A stretch of DNA of 64,000 nt. Origin: an uncultured Gammaproteobacteria bacterium. GTDB lineage: Bacteria; Patescibacteriota; Patescibacteriia; Magasanikbacterales; GWA2-37-8. The position numbers were made by a program, and so were the translations under genes. Location: NCBI GenBank assembly GCA_964465205.1, contig CAYXJO010000004.1, positions 9,671-73,670 of the forward strand, given 5' to 3'. Positions within the stretch are counted from its first letter, which is position 1, and every line of letters starts with the position of its first letter. The notes below the pieces were generated by a model. That model made no database searches and was not told where the DNA came from. It saw only the letters and a program-made list of their open reading frames with translations. Shown one piece after another: positions 28,070 to 37,607 of the stretch.

Positions 28070-28918
28070 TTAAATTTTAACCCGTCTAATTTCTAGCACG
28101 CTAGCATTTTTGGCCTCCAAAAAAGTTTCGCATTCGTTGATTTGATGAAATAAATCATCGGATAGGGCAGGGGATTTTTCTATCCACTGTTGGACCAAAA
28201 GCCCCTTGCCCGGCGCGATAATTTTTATTTCACCCGTATTCACGCCGTGTCCGTATTTGCCCTCGCCACTCCAAGCCCGTGAATGGACATATTTTATACC
28301 ACTTTCACCGCAGTCAGTGATTAGAATGATGTGATTACGTTTTTTGGTCGGTCCGGTTTCGAGCATGGTGATGATATCCCCAGATTGAATTTGGGAATAA
28401 TCATAGCCGGTAGTTTCGTCGCCCAGTTTGGTAGTATTTTTGTCGTTACAAAAGCCGCTACGCACGCCAATGTTTTCGATTGGTCGCAAACGACGTACCA
28501 GGTTGCGCAGAAAAGTACCCGGAATATTTTTAATAAATTTTTGCGCGATGTCAATTTTATTCGTCTCTAGATAGTGGGCGCGCAATACATGGGCAACCAA
28601 TCCCGAACAATCTACTCCTAAATTATTTTCAATCAAAAATTTACGAATATTTTCGGTTTCTTCTTTTTTGTCATCGATGTGATCCCCGTGAATACAGCAA
28701 TGTCCATCGTGATCAAAAATGCCATGGTGGTATTGAATGGAAATTATTTTCGCTTCTTCGACTATTTCGGCCGGCGTGCCTTTGCCCACTAGCGATCGTA
28801 GGGCGCCTCGTCGATTCGTGCGCGTGTTGACAAAATACGGACATCGTATCCCAGTTACACCCGGAAATGGCAGCGAAAGATATTGATCAATTAATTTTTG
28901 CGCTTGAGATGAAAGCAT
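28070..28918 (-). CDS. Hypothetical protein with NlpC/P60-like motif
   Basis: GVDCSG, downstream GDII...H, and YVHS. Confidence 0.6.
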   Translation of the reverse strand: MLSSQAQKLIDQYLSLPFPGVTGIRCPYFVNTRTNRRGALRSLVGKGTPAEIVEEAKIISIQYHHGIFDHDGHCCIHGDHIDDKKEETENIRKFLIENNLGVDCSGLVAHVLRAHYLETNKIDIAQKFIKNIPGTFLRNLVRRLRPIENIGVRSGFCNDKNTTKLGDETTGYDYSQIQSGDIITMLETGPTKKRNHIILITDCGESGIKYVHSRAWSGEGKYGHGVNTGEIKIIAPGKGLLVQQWIEKSPALSDDLFHQINECETFLEAKNASVLEIRRVKI

Positions 28919-28920
28919 AA

Positions 28921-30126
28921 TTATCCCGAAATAGAATAAATTATTTCTTTACCGATTTTATTGAATTTGTTATGGGTAAGCATTATGCCGTACCGGCTCT
29001 GTATGCGCATTCTGTCGGTGCCAAGATCAGTGTTGTCGTAAGTGATAATATGCAGATTTTTTAAGCGGTTAATATTGGGGGTGCGATTAATTTTTTGGTT
29101 GCGTAAGATTATTTGCGCGCCATCATCGACGCTGGCAAGTAGAGTGTCATCAGGTGTTGTGCCTAGCAAAGCGGCAATGTGTGCCGCGAAAGTTGGCACA
29201 CCGGGATTTTGTGATTGCAGTTCACTTTCATATGGCACTGAAGCCAATTGTCTGGCATTGATTTCGATCAAAAACATTTTGCCACTTTTGCGTTCGAGTA
29301 CCGTATCGATGCCGTATAGTCCGCGCCAGCCGTTTTTGGCCAGCTTTTTGCCGATAGCGGTAGCGATTTTATAAAATTGTTTATTTTGCGAGTTGGTGAG
29401 TATTTGTTTGGGTAAGGCCCAATCATTGCCAATGGTGGCAAAGGGATTGTCGGTAAAAGGCCGTAGTCCGGTAATCTGATAATTAATACTTCCTGACAAA
29501 ATTTTATCTCCCCAGATTATATTGTTGTTGGTAAAGGCCGGTCCGTCGATATATTTGGTTATGCGCGCCGGTCGTTCGGGAAATTTACGTTTTAATTCTT
29601 CTAATTGTTTTTTGGTTTTTACCAGTATTGTCCCGGTGCCGGTATGCGCGCGATTGAATTGTAAAATAAATGGATTCTTACTCCAAATAATATTTTGCAA
29701 TTTATCCACTTGGTGCGGCGGTAAATATTTTTTGAGTGGACCCAGCCATTCTACTTGTGAAATTTTTTCTTCTACCCGATTACCCAGTTCGGCCGATGGA
29801 TTGAGTAGATGCCATTTTTGTTCGCGACAAAGCAATTCCATTTGTTTGTTGGCTTTGAATACCATTACATAATCTTTGGCACGAATGTTGTCGGTACAGA
29901 TTTTGTTTTTGAGTAGTTGCAAAGTGTCCAGCGGTTGGCAACCTTTGGTCAAAATTAAATTAGGGTATTGAGCGAGCAAAGTGCGCGTGTAAGTAGAGTC
30001 ATTGGTGATGATAAAATAATTGGGTATACCCAAGAGAAGCCCGGCCGCCGCCCGCTCCACATCTCGACACACATAAAAAATTCGACGCGTGCCGATTTTG
30101 CGTTTTATTTTAGCCAAAATATCCAT
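28921..30126 (-). CDS. ATP-grasp domain protein
   Basis: HTGTGT loop, ITKYIDG, GLYGID, FLIEINAR. Confidence 0.85.
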   Translation of the reverse strand: MDILAKIKRKIGTRRIFYVCRDVERAAAGLLLGIPNYFIITNDSTYTRTLLAQYPNLILTKGCQPLDTLQLLKNKICTDNIRAKDYVMVFKANKQMELLCREQKWHLLNPSAELGNRVEEKISQVEWLGPLKKYLPPHQVDKLQNIIWSKNPFILQFNRAHTGTGTILVKTKKQLEELKRKFPERPARITKYIDGPAFTNNNIIWGDKILSGSINYQITGLRPFTDNPFATIGNDWALPKQILTNSQNKQFYKIATAIGKKLAKNGWRGLYGIDTVLERKSGKMFLIEINARQLASVPYESELQSQNPGVPTFAAHIAALLGTTPDDTLLASVDDGAQIILRNQKINRTPNINRLKNLHIITYDNTDLGTDRMRIQSRYGIMLTHNKFNKIGKEIIYSISG

Positions 30127-30173
30127 AAATTATCTGTAAATATTATAGCAGATTATGTGCACAAAGTCAAAAT

Positions 30174-30195
30174 AAAAAAGGGCGGTGGTCCGCCC
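30174..30195 (-). terminator. Terminator of the cassette gene at 30227-30520
   Basis: gggcgg-tggt-ccgccc with an A-tract on the left. Confidence 0.7.
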
Positions 30196-30226
30196 GTGAA
30201 ATGAACTATGGGGCGAGCTGCTTAGC

Positions 30227-30520
30227 TCACCTGTTTTTGTGGTTTTTTGTCACGATCATCCACCCTTCTACGATGGCTGCGACCGGCCAAAACACCCAAC
30301 ACAACAAGAGCATGGTCGAAGCCAGAGCTTGGCTGACTTCTTGCATCTTTTCGATCTCCATATCGGTGTATTGATCATTTTTGAGGCGCTGGACATGTTC
30401 CGGGTTGAATGGAGTTGCGAGTAATTTGATAGTGGATTTCATGTGGAGTAGCATGCTGTAATACAGCACGATACCCGCTAAAATATAGATACTGATAAAG
30501 AGCCATGTGGGCCATTCCAT
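30227..30520 (-). CDS. Small two-TM orphan protein (SD-led cassette)
   Basis: SD GGAGGT; promoter TTGACA (30603-30608)-16-TAAAAT; own terminator. Confidence 0.75.
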   Translation of the reverse strand: MEWPTWLFISIYILAGIVLYYSMLLHMKSTIKLLATPFNPEHVQRLKNDQYTDMEIEKMQEVSQALASTMLLLCWVFWPVAAIVEGWMIVTKNHKNR

Positions 30521-30661
30521 CTCTTATACCTCCGGTTAAGTGGTTGGGATCACGCCTATGCAATAGGCAGAGGCGTGTGTATTTTAATGATTTTCTTGCC
30601 TTTGTCAAGTTGAAATGTTATAATCTCAAAAGATGTTATAAATCTCTGTTTTCTTGTCTGT

Positions 30662-31600
30662 ATGGACAGTTTGTATAAACAATTGAAAGATTTTGGTCAA
30701 ACAAAATCGAATATTCCTTTGGCCAAGTACACCACTTTTAAAATTGGTGGTACCGCGCGTTATCTGGTGGAAATAGACGACACGAACAAGTTGGTTGATG
30801 CATTGAATTTTTTATCCGGTGAAGGTATTCCGTACTTTGTTTTGGGTGGCGGATCCAATTTGCTTTTTTCCGACAATGAATATGACGGTGTGGTGGTAAA
30901 AGTGGCTACTCGCAAAAATAGTATTGTTGGAAATAATATTAGTATCGACGCTGGATTGCCGTTGGCGCTACTGGTGAATATGTGTAGCCAAAACGGTTTT
31001 ACCGGCATGGAATGGGCAGCGGGAATACCCGGTACGATTGGTGGCGCGGTGCGTGGTAACGCCGGTGCGTATGGTGGTTCGACCGCGGACAGTCTAGTTT
31101 CTGTCACGGTTTGGCGCGATCAAGATGTGACACAATTGTCTCCTGTTGAATGTAGTTTTGGTTATCGGGAAAGTATATTCAAACATAATTCCGACGTTGT
31201 GCTTTCGGCTGAATTTACGTTTGTTCCCGGTGACAAAGCGGCTATTTTGCAAAAAAGTCAGGGGTATATATTAGAACGCAGCGCCAAGTTTCCGCGCTTT
31301 TTTTCCGCCGGTAGTTTTTTCAAAAATTTTGATTTAAAAAATTATCACGGCGACCAGTCACTGCTACCGGAAAAGTTTTTGCAAGTAGGCAAGGTGGGTG
31401 CCGCGTGGTTTATTGAACAATCCGGCATGAAAGGGCGTGCGGTAGGCGACGCCAAAGTATCCGACGAGCACGCCAATTTCATTGTCAATTGTAATAATGC
31501 GACTCAAACTGATGTACTAAATTTAGTTGAGCAAGTCAAAGAAGCGGTGTATAATAAGTTTGGCGTTGAACTAGAACCAGAAGTGCAAATTGTAAAATAA
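30662..31600 (+). CDS. murB: UDP-N-acetylenolpyruvoylglucosamine reductase
   Basis: TTFKIGG, LGGGSNLL, GIPGTIGGAVRGNAGAYG, FGYRESIFK, SAGSFFKN, HANFIVN, LEPEV. Confidence 0.97.
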   Translation: MDSLYKQLKDFGQTKSNIPLAKYTTFKIGGTARYLVEIDDTNKLVDALNFLSGEGIPYFVLGGGSNLLFSDNEYDGVVVKVATRKNSIVGNNISIDAGLPLALLVNMCSQNGFTGMEWAAGIPGTIGGAVRGNAGAYGGSTADSLVSVTVWRDQDVTQLSPVECSFGYRESIFKHNSDVVLSAEFTFVPGDKAAILQKSQGYILERSAKFPRFFSAGSFFKNFDLKNYHGDQSLLPEKFLQVGKVGAAWFIEQSGMKGRAVGDAKVSDEHANFIVNCNNATQTDVLNLVEQVKEAVYNKFGVELEPEVQIVK

Positions 31601-31730
31601 TATCTTTAGTACATTGTCAGTTCGTGTTTCGGTATTTTTGTTCGCTCCTTGTGCTACGCAGTGTCGCTATACAAAAATCCGAACCACTCGCTTATCGGTA
31701 TTATGTACTCAAGATATTATTTAACAATTT
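31587..31730. repeat. Long structured element whose outer stem includes the murB 3' end
   Basis: aaattgtaaaataatatctttagtacat pairs with atgtactcaagatattatttaacaattt (2 mismatches); inner stem ttcggtatttttgt/acaaaaatccgaa. Confidence 0.75.
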
Positions 31731-31746
31731 ATTATAACCGTATATT

Positions 31747-32100
31747 ATGCAAATAAATATCACTGGCAAGGGGATAGAGCTTACCGAAGCTATTAAGGAT
31801 TATGTAAATAAGAAATTTGAGGGTTTGGATAAGTTTTATGATCGAATTATTCGTGCCAATGTTAGCGTGGGCATGGAAACCAAACATCATCTCAAAGGCC
31901 AGGTATTTGTCTGTGAGTGTAAATTGGAGATTCCGGGCAACGACGTGTTTGCTAGTAAAAATGAAAAAGTGCTTTATAAAGCAATTGATAAAGTGCGTGA
32001 TTATTTAGAAGCAGAACTCAAAAAACACAAAGCCAAAACGAGTCGTAGCGAACATCGCGACAAGGCAACCCGCCGTGCCACCAAAGAATATCAAATGTAA
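31747..32100 (+). CDS. hpf: Ribosome hibernation promoting factor (RaiA/HPF)
   Basis: MQINITGKGIELTEAIKDYV...LYKAID. Confidence 0.93.
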   Translation: MQINITGKGIELTEAIKDYVNKKFEGLDKFYDRIIRANVSVGMETKHHLKGQVFVCECKLEIPGNDVFASKNEKVLYKAIDKVRDYLEAELKKHKAKTSRSEHRDKATRRATKEYQM

Positions 32101-32102
32101 GT

Positions 32103-34382
32103 GTGTTGAGATTATTCACGAAGATATTTAATTTAATTAGACAGCACCTGTTTACTTTATATGTGGTGGCAGGTGCTTTTGTCGTAGCCTTTTGTCTGTG
32201 CTGGATTAATATTGACCACCAACCACACTGGCGTTGGTTTGCAATCACGATAGGGGTGTGGTGTGCGGTATTCATATTTTATCAATTAATCAAATTCTTG
32301 TATTCGCGCCTGGTGCGTCGGCGACAATTGAGTGTATTTTGGCAAAGCGAATTCGCGCGTTGTTTGGATGAGTTATTTCTCATTTCATCGCTGGCATTGT
32401 TCACCATATTTATACGTTATAAAATTGACGCTATACTGTTGGGTTTATTGATTTGGTGTCTTTTTTTCAATCGTTTGCATCAATATTTTGCCAAACACAC
32501 TTTTTCGCAAGTGTGGCAAAATATCAATTTAACCATTTTTACATTGTCGGGATTTGTATTTTTGTTGGCTAGTATTACCCAATTCGCCGCTAGAGAATAT
32601 TATATTCTGGATGCCGCCATTCGTCCGGCATTTGTATCGTTGCGCGCGTTTGCGATTACCATGCTGTGGCTGTTGGGTTTTTCGGTGTCAGGTTTGGTGA
32701 TATTGCGTTATCAAAAATGGCATCGCTACGTATTATTAGTGTTGTGGTCGATGTTTTTTTTAGGCGGATTGTTTTTGAGTTTTACCAATTTAGGTATTTT
32801 ATATTTTTCTGGATTATATTTTTCTCCCATTGCGTGGCAGCATGCCGGTGGTGGTATGGGTGTGGCGATAAATTGGCTCACTATTATTTTGGCAGTAGGT
32901 TTTGTTTTGTCTTTAGGTATTTTTATAATTTTGATTCATCGATTCGCGCGCACTTTAGTGGCTGCCCCCAAACGTTACTGGCGCTTTTATCTGCGTTTAA
33001 TTGTGATTTCGGCCGCGTTATCACTCCTAGCCACTTCCGCATTTAAGACCACTCCGGAATTTGCCATTGCCAAATCTTTCTATGATTATTATTTCAAGGC
33101 GCAAGCCGAAGTGGAGTTGTCGCCGATTATTCAAGAAAAATTAAAGCGTTTTGGTTTAAATTATAACCTAGAACAATTTTATTTAGCTCACAAAGAGCGT
33201 GTGTTTAGCGAGCCGAACAAAATTATTTCTAGTAAATTTGAAACCCAAAAACCAAATATCATTATATTCTTTCTGGAATCTTTTTCTGCCCGTCTTACAG
33301 ATATATATAATTCCGGTTTTACAAATTTAACACCGGGGTTGGACATGATGGCCGCGGACAAAAATACCACTGTTTTTCATAAATATTATAATGCTTCTAC
33401 ACCAACTATTACCGGTACATTGTCTATTCTGTGTTCGTTTTTGCCGCCTACTGGACATCAGGAAATAGAAATACAAAAAAAATTACAACGTACGCGCCTG
33501 CTTTGTTTACCGGAAATTCTCAAAAGAAATGGTTACCAATATTCGGAATATATCACGGCCATCGGGAAAGATTTTGCGAATAAAGGTACCTTGCTACCAA
33601 GTATTGGTGTGGATGTGGTCACCGGTCAAGATGAATTGAAAAAACTTGTTACTGGCGAACCTTTAGCTTGGGGATATAGCGATCACCAAATGTTGCCGGT
33701 GCTCTGGGATAAAATCCAAACTCAAAAACAGCCGTTTTTGTATATGTTGGCCACCGTCGATACCCATCCGCCGTTTAATAAGGCCAAAGACAGAGTGCGC
33801 TATAATGCTTACAATAGCGATGCTTTGGACATGTTTCATACTACCGATGATGCTTTTCGACAATTTTGGGAAAAATTTAAGCAAAGTAGTTTTGCTAGCA
33901 ATACCATTGTGATTGCTGTAGGTGATCATGCTGTGTTTCCAGCCATGTACAATTCTGTCAAAATTCCTGGTTATCCGGGTTGGTTGGATTTTTACGATCA
34001 GATTACTTTTATGATGTATGTGCCGGACAGCCTGTTGCCCAAAGAAGTAGACATGTATTCATCCAGTTTGGATGTGACCCCATCATTGTTGCAAGTGTTA
34101 AATATCAACACCCCCAATGCGTTTGAGGGTCATTCGTTATTTGATCCTCGGGGTCGTAAGCAGTATCCCAATATTTTAGGTATGCACGAGTTTGGTTTGT
34201 ATGTAAATCAGGTAGTTAGCAGCACCAAGCGCACAGAGTCGTATAATTTGCCGGATAATATCAAATGCACCCCGGCGGATTATACTACCACCAGCACTGC
34301 ACCCCTTACTTTGTGTGAATATTTAGATTTTTATCATTGGAAACGGCAGATGTTTGAGCAGGGGAGATTTTGGGGAAAATAA
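32103..34382 (+). CDS. LTA synthase/sulfatase-family membrane protein
   Basis: N-terminal TMs; PNIIIFFLES, T(P)T nucleophile region, THPPF, VGDH. Confidence 0.85.
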   Translation: MLRLFTKIFNLIRQHLFTLYVVAGAFVVAFCLCWINIDHQPHWRWFAITIGVWCAVFIFYQLIKFLYSRLVRRRQLSVFWQSEFARCLDELFLISSLALFTIFIRYKIDAILLGLLIWCLFFNRLHQYFAKHTFSQVWQNINLTIFTLSGFVFLLASITQFAAREYYILDAAIRPAFVSLRAFAITMLWLLGFSVSGLVILRYQKWHRYVLLVLWSMFFLGGLFLSFTNLGILYFSGLYFSPIAWQHAGGGMGVAINWLTIILAVGFVLSLGIFIILIHRFARTLVAAPKRYWRFYLRLIVISAALSLLATSAFKTTPEFAIAKSFYDYYFKAQAEVELSPIIQEKLKRFGLNYNLEQFYLAHKERVFSEPNKIISSKFETQKPNIIIFFLESFSARLTDIYNSGFTNLTPGLDMMAADKNTTVFHKYYNASTPTITGTLSILCSFLPPTGHQEIEIQKKLQRTRLLCLPEILKRNGYQYSEYITAIGKDFANKGTLLPSIGVDVVTGQDELKKLVTGEPLAWGYSDHQMLPVLWDKIQTQKQPFLYMLATVDTHPPFNKAKDRVRYNAYNSDALDMFHTTDDAFRQFWEKFKQSSFASNTIVIAVGDHAVFPAMYNSVKIPGYPGWLDFYDQITFMMYVPDSLLPKEVDMYSSSLDVTPSLLQVLNINTPNAFEGHSLFDPRGRKQYPNILGMHEFGLYVNQVVSSTKRTESYNLPDNIKCTPADYTTTSTAPLTLCEYLDFYHWKRQMFEQGRFWGK

Positions 34383-34436
34383 TTGCTAGTATTGATTAAA
34401 TAGTATAAAATATATGGTATCAAACCATATATTTTT

Positions 34437-36134
34437 ATGTTACCAGTTTTTAAAAATAAATTATTTTTAAGTGGACTGATTATTTTTCTAGCTTCCTTTC
34501 TGTTGTTTTTACCAAATATTAATGATGGTTTTTTGTCGGACGATTATGATTTTTTGGCACGGATGGACGGTGTCAAAAATTGGTCTTCGGCTTGGGCACA
34601 AATCAATCCCGGTAATCAGTTTTTTTGGCGGCCGATACTAAACACTAGTTTTTTATTGAATTATCTTATTTTCGGCGAGCACTCCGCAGTGAGTTATCAT
34701 CTTTTCAATAATCTGGCGCACGCTCTGGTGGCTCTGTTGGTGTTTCTGATAGTTTGGGAATGGTGGCGCAAATTGGATCGAGCGATTTTGGCGGGGTTGT
34801 TTTTTGGAGTTTATCCCATGCATCACGAATCGGTGACTTGGATTGCCGGTCGCACCGATGTATTGGCGGCCTTGTTTTTTGTAGCCGCTTGGTATTGTTT
34901 TATGTTGTTTTTACGAGGTGCCAAATCAAAATTTTGGTGGGCACTGGTTTTGTGCGGCGTGGCGTTTATTACCAAAGAGGCGGCGTTAGGTTTGCCCGCA
35001 GTTTTATTTGGGGTAGATGTGATTTGGTTTGGTCGTAAAAAAATAAAATATTATATTTTGACTTACGGTCCATTTGCAATTCTGTATTTACTATATTTTT
35101 GCGGTCGTTATTTTTCAATTGGTACTTTGGTAGGGGGGTATCAAAATGCATCCGGCATTATTGCGTTGCATTTGCCGATTAGTCAAGTGTTGGCCTCGCC
35201 ATTTTTTTACCTTACCAAAATGATTAATTATCCATTTTGGGCGGATGGATTTTCGTGGACTAGTGGTTGGGGGCAGATTTTGTTTACGGCGCGCAAGTGG
35301 TGGTTTTTGTTTTTACCTGCTTTAATTTTGTTGTTTATTCAATGGCGTAATAACAATCGGTCGGCGATTAAAGATTTGCCGGCATTGTATATTCTCGTAC
35401 TATTAGCCACCGGTCCAGCCTGGTCGCTAATGGCCGGAATTGATTATAATGGATCGGATAGCCGTTTTATTTACATCCCCACTATTATCGGGTCGATGGT
35501 TTTGGGTTATTTGCTTACTCCAAATTTTTTAAATAATACGCAAAGGAAAATCGTTCGAATAGTTTCGGGATTAGCGATGGTTTTCTTTGTATTTGCATTT
35601 TTTGTGAACTATATACCATGGGCCGAAGCGGCACGAGTTAATATGGTGGTAGAAAAAGATTTACCTATCATATATCAGTCGGTGGTACCAGGAACAATGA
35701 TTTATGTAACCAATTTGCCGGATAACTACTTTGGCGCATATATATTTCGTAATGGTTTTTATGAATTGGCGGAGAATACGCTGAGAGATGAATCCTTGTC
35801 ACCCTCGGCCTACGGCGGTACTTTTTGGCAAATGAAATCAGCCGATAAATACGGCGGTCTTTGCCCTGCTTGGCTCAAACCAGCGGGTGATTTGTTGGTT
35901 TGGGATAAACATTTAGAAAAATTAGTTAGACGTTCAGATTTGTTGGATAGATTAAATACTACCACTGTTTTTGCGATTGATGAAAAATTGGTAAAAAATC
36001 AAGCTAGATATAAACTGCTGGTGTGGAATAACCAACTTTGGTCTGGAGAAGAAAAGTTTGTTATTAGTTTCCCCAAAGATTTACCACTTGGTAAGGTGGC
36101 TGCTAGTTGTCCGTTGTGGAGAATAAGTCAATAA
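34437..36134 (+). CDS. GT-C fold glycosyltransferase (TMTC/ArnT-like)
   Basis: FLSDDY, WRPI, YHLFN, HESVTWIAGR, KE motif; polytopic. Confidence 0.8.
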   Translation: MLPVFKNKLFLSGLIIFLASFLLFLPNINDGFLSDDYDFLARMDGVKNWSSAWAQINPGNQFFWRPILNTSFLLNYLIFGEHSAVSYHLFNNLAHALVALLVFLIVWEWWRKLDRAILAGLFFGVYPMHHESVTWIAGRTDVLAALFFVAAWYCFMLFLRGAKSKFWWALVLCGVAFITKEAALGLPAVLFGVDVIWFGRKKIKYYILTYGPFAILYLLYFCGRYFSIGTLVGGYQNASGIIALHLPISQVLASPFFYLTKMINYPFWADGFSWTSGWGQILFTARKWWFLFLPALILLFIQWRNNNRSAIKDLPALYILVLLATGPAWSLMAGIDYNGSDSRFIYIPTIIGSMVLGYLLTPNFLNNTQRKIVRIVSGLAMVFFVFAFFVNYIPWAEAARVNMVVEKDLPIIYQSVVPGTMIYVTNLPDNYFGAYIFRNGFYELAENTLRDESLSPSAYGGTFWQMKSADKYGGLCPAWLKPAGDLLVWDKHLEKLVRRSDLLDRLNTTTVFAIDEKLVKNQARYKLLVWNNQLWSGEEKFVISFPKDLPLGKVAASCPLWRISQ

Positions 36135-36139
36135 TATCT

Positions 36140-37531
36140 ATGTCTAATCGGTGGAAATCCGGGTTGGTGTTTCTAGTGCTTTTTTTGGCAGTGATTTTGG
36201 TGTATTGGCCCACTCTACACAATACTTTTATTTTGGATGATTATGTTTGGATTCAATCATTGAGCTGGGATCAAGTTAGACATTTGTTTGTTGGTTCGTG
36301 GGAGCACGTTAATACCTTGCGTCCGATAATGCGTTTACAATTTTGGTCTAGCCGATTGTTGTTTGGCGAAAATCCTTTTGGCTGGCATCTTACCAATATT
36401 GTTTTGCATACTTTAGTAGCTTGGTGTGCCTACGAGATAGTCAGAAAGACCAGTGCTAACGAAAAGGTGTCTTTTGCAGCAGCTTTGATATTCGCGGTTT
36501 TTCCCACCAATCACGAGACGGTTGCTTGGATTTCCGGCCGCACGCATCCATTTGGTCTGTTACTATCTCTCGCGGCCGCGTTTTTGATTTATTTTAGTGG
36601 CATAATTTTGCGTAAACGGATTTGGTATTTGGTCACCGGTTTCTTGTTGTTATTGGCGAGTTTTTTAACATATGAGGTTTCTTTTGTAGTCCCGTTTGCT
36701 TTGCTATTTATTTGGATAATAGTGGGGCCACATTCGCGTCGAGCGTTGTTTTCCGTAATTAGCAGTTTTGGACTGTTGGGGTGCCTAATCGTTTATCGTT
36801 GTCTAGTGTTGGGTGGGTCGATTGGCTCAGTGGGTGCCCAGCACGACAATATCTTTTTAGCACCTTTTCTAAATTTTAAATTATTCAATATTTTGTATTG
36901 GCACTCACGCGAGCTCAAATGGCTGTTGGTGTTTTTGGTATTTTTGTTGATATTAAATTTTGTTTTACACAGACAGCAATATAAATATGATTCGCGTGTG
37001 TCCAAAATTATATTATTTTTTCTATTTTCGTTATTATCCTATGCGCCCTTTGTAATTACCAAAGGAGTGGCGCCGCGTTTTCTTTACTCATCATTATTCT
37101 TTTGTTTTATAACCTTAGCTTTGGCATACGATTATTTGTACATAGAAATGTCGAGGGCTATAAAGGGGTTGGTGGTTGTGGTGACAGTTTTCATTTTAAT
37201 ATTATCGTTTTGGCAGGCGCGCCAAATGGCCGAACGATATAATATTTTGGCCAATAGTTATGTCGAAATTCAACAAACTCTGTTAAGTGATTTTCCAGTC
37301 TGGCCATCTGGTAAGGATATGCTTTTTTATAATATTCCCAATGGTTACCAAGGTATTTTGGCGTTTTTGACATATTTTGATAAAGCGGTGCAGTATGTTT
37401 ATTATGGCCAACCGGTGGGCAAAGTATATCGGGCCGATCAATTGTCACCGGATGAGTTGAACAAGGTGTTAGCCGAGAAGCCAATAACTTATAAATTTCT
37501 TGGATTTGATAGTGGGATAATACGTCAGTAA
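36140..37531 (+). CDS. GT-C fold glycosyltransferase, tandem paralogue
   Basis: FILDDY, LRPI, WHLTN, HETVAWISGR. Start taken at MSNRWK. Confidence 0.8.
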   Translation: MSNRWKSGLVFLVLFLAVILVYWPTLHNTFILDDYVWIQSLSWDQVRHLFVGSWEHVNTLRPIMRLQFWSSRLLFGENPFGWHLTNIVLHTLVAWCAYEIVRKTSANEKVSFAAALIFAVFPTNHETVAWISGRTHPFGLLLSLAAAFLIYFSGIILRKRIWYLVTGFLLLLASFLTYEVSFVVPFALLFIWIIVGPHSRRALFSVISSFGLLGCLIVYRCLVLGGSIGSVGAQHDNIFLAPFLNFKLFNILYWHSRELKWLLVFLVFLLILNFVLHRQQYKYDSRVSKIILFFLFSLLSYAPFVITKGVAPRFLYSSLFFCFITLALAYDYLYIEMSRAIKGLVVVVTVFILILSFWQARQMAERYNILANSYVEIQQTLLSDFPVWPSGKDMLFYNIPNGYQGILAFLTYFDKAVQYVYYGQPVGKVYRADQLSPDELNKVLAEKPITYKFLGFDSGIIRQ

Positions 37532-37607
37532 AAATGTTTGTCATTATTTACAAACTCGTGTAAAATATATGGTATTAAAACCATATATTTTGTTTTAACC
37601 GGCCAAT

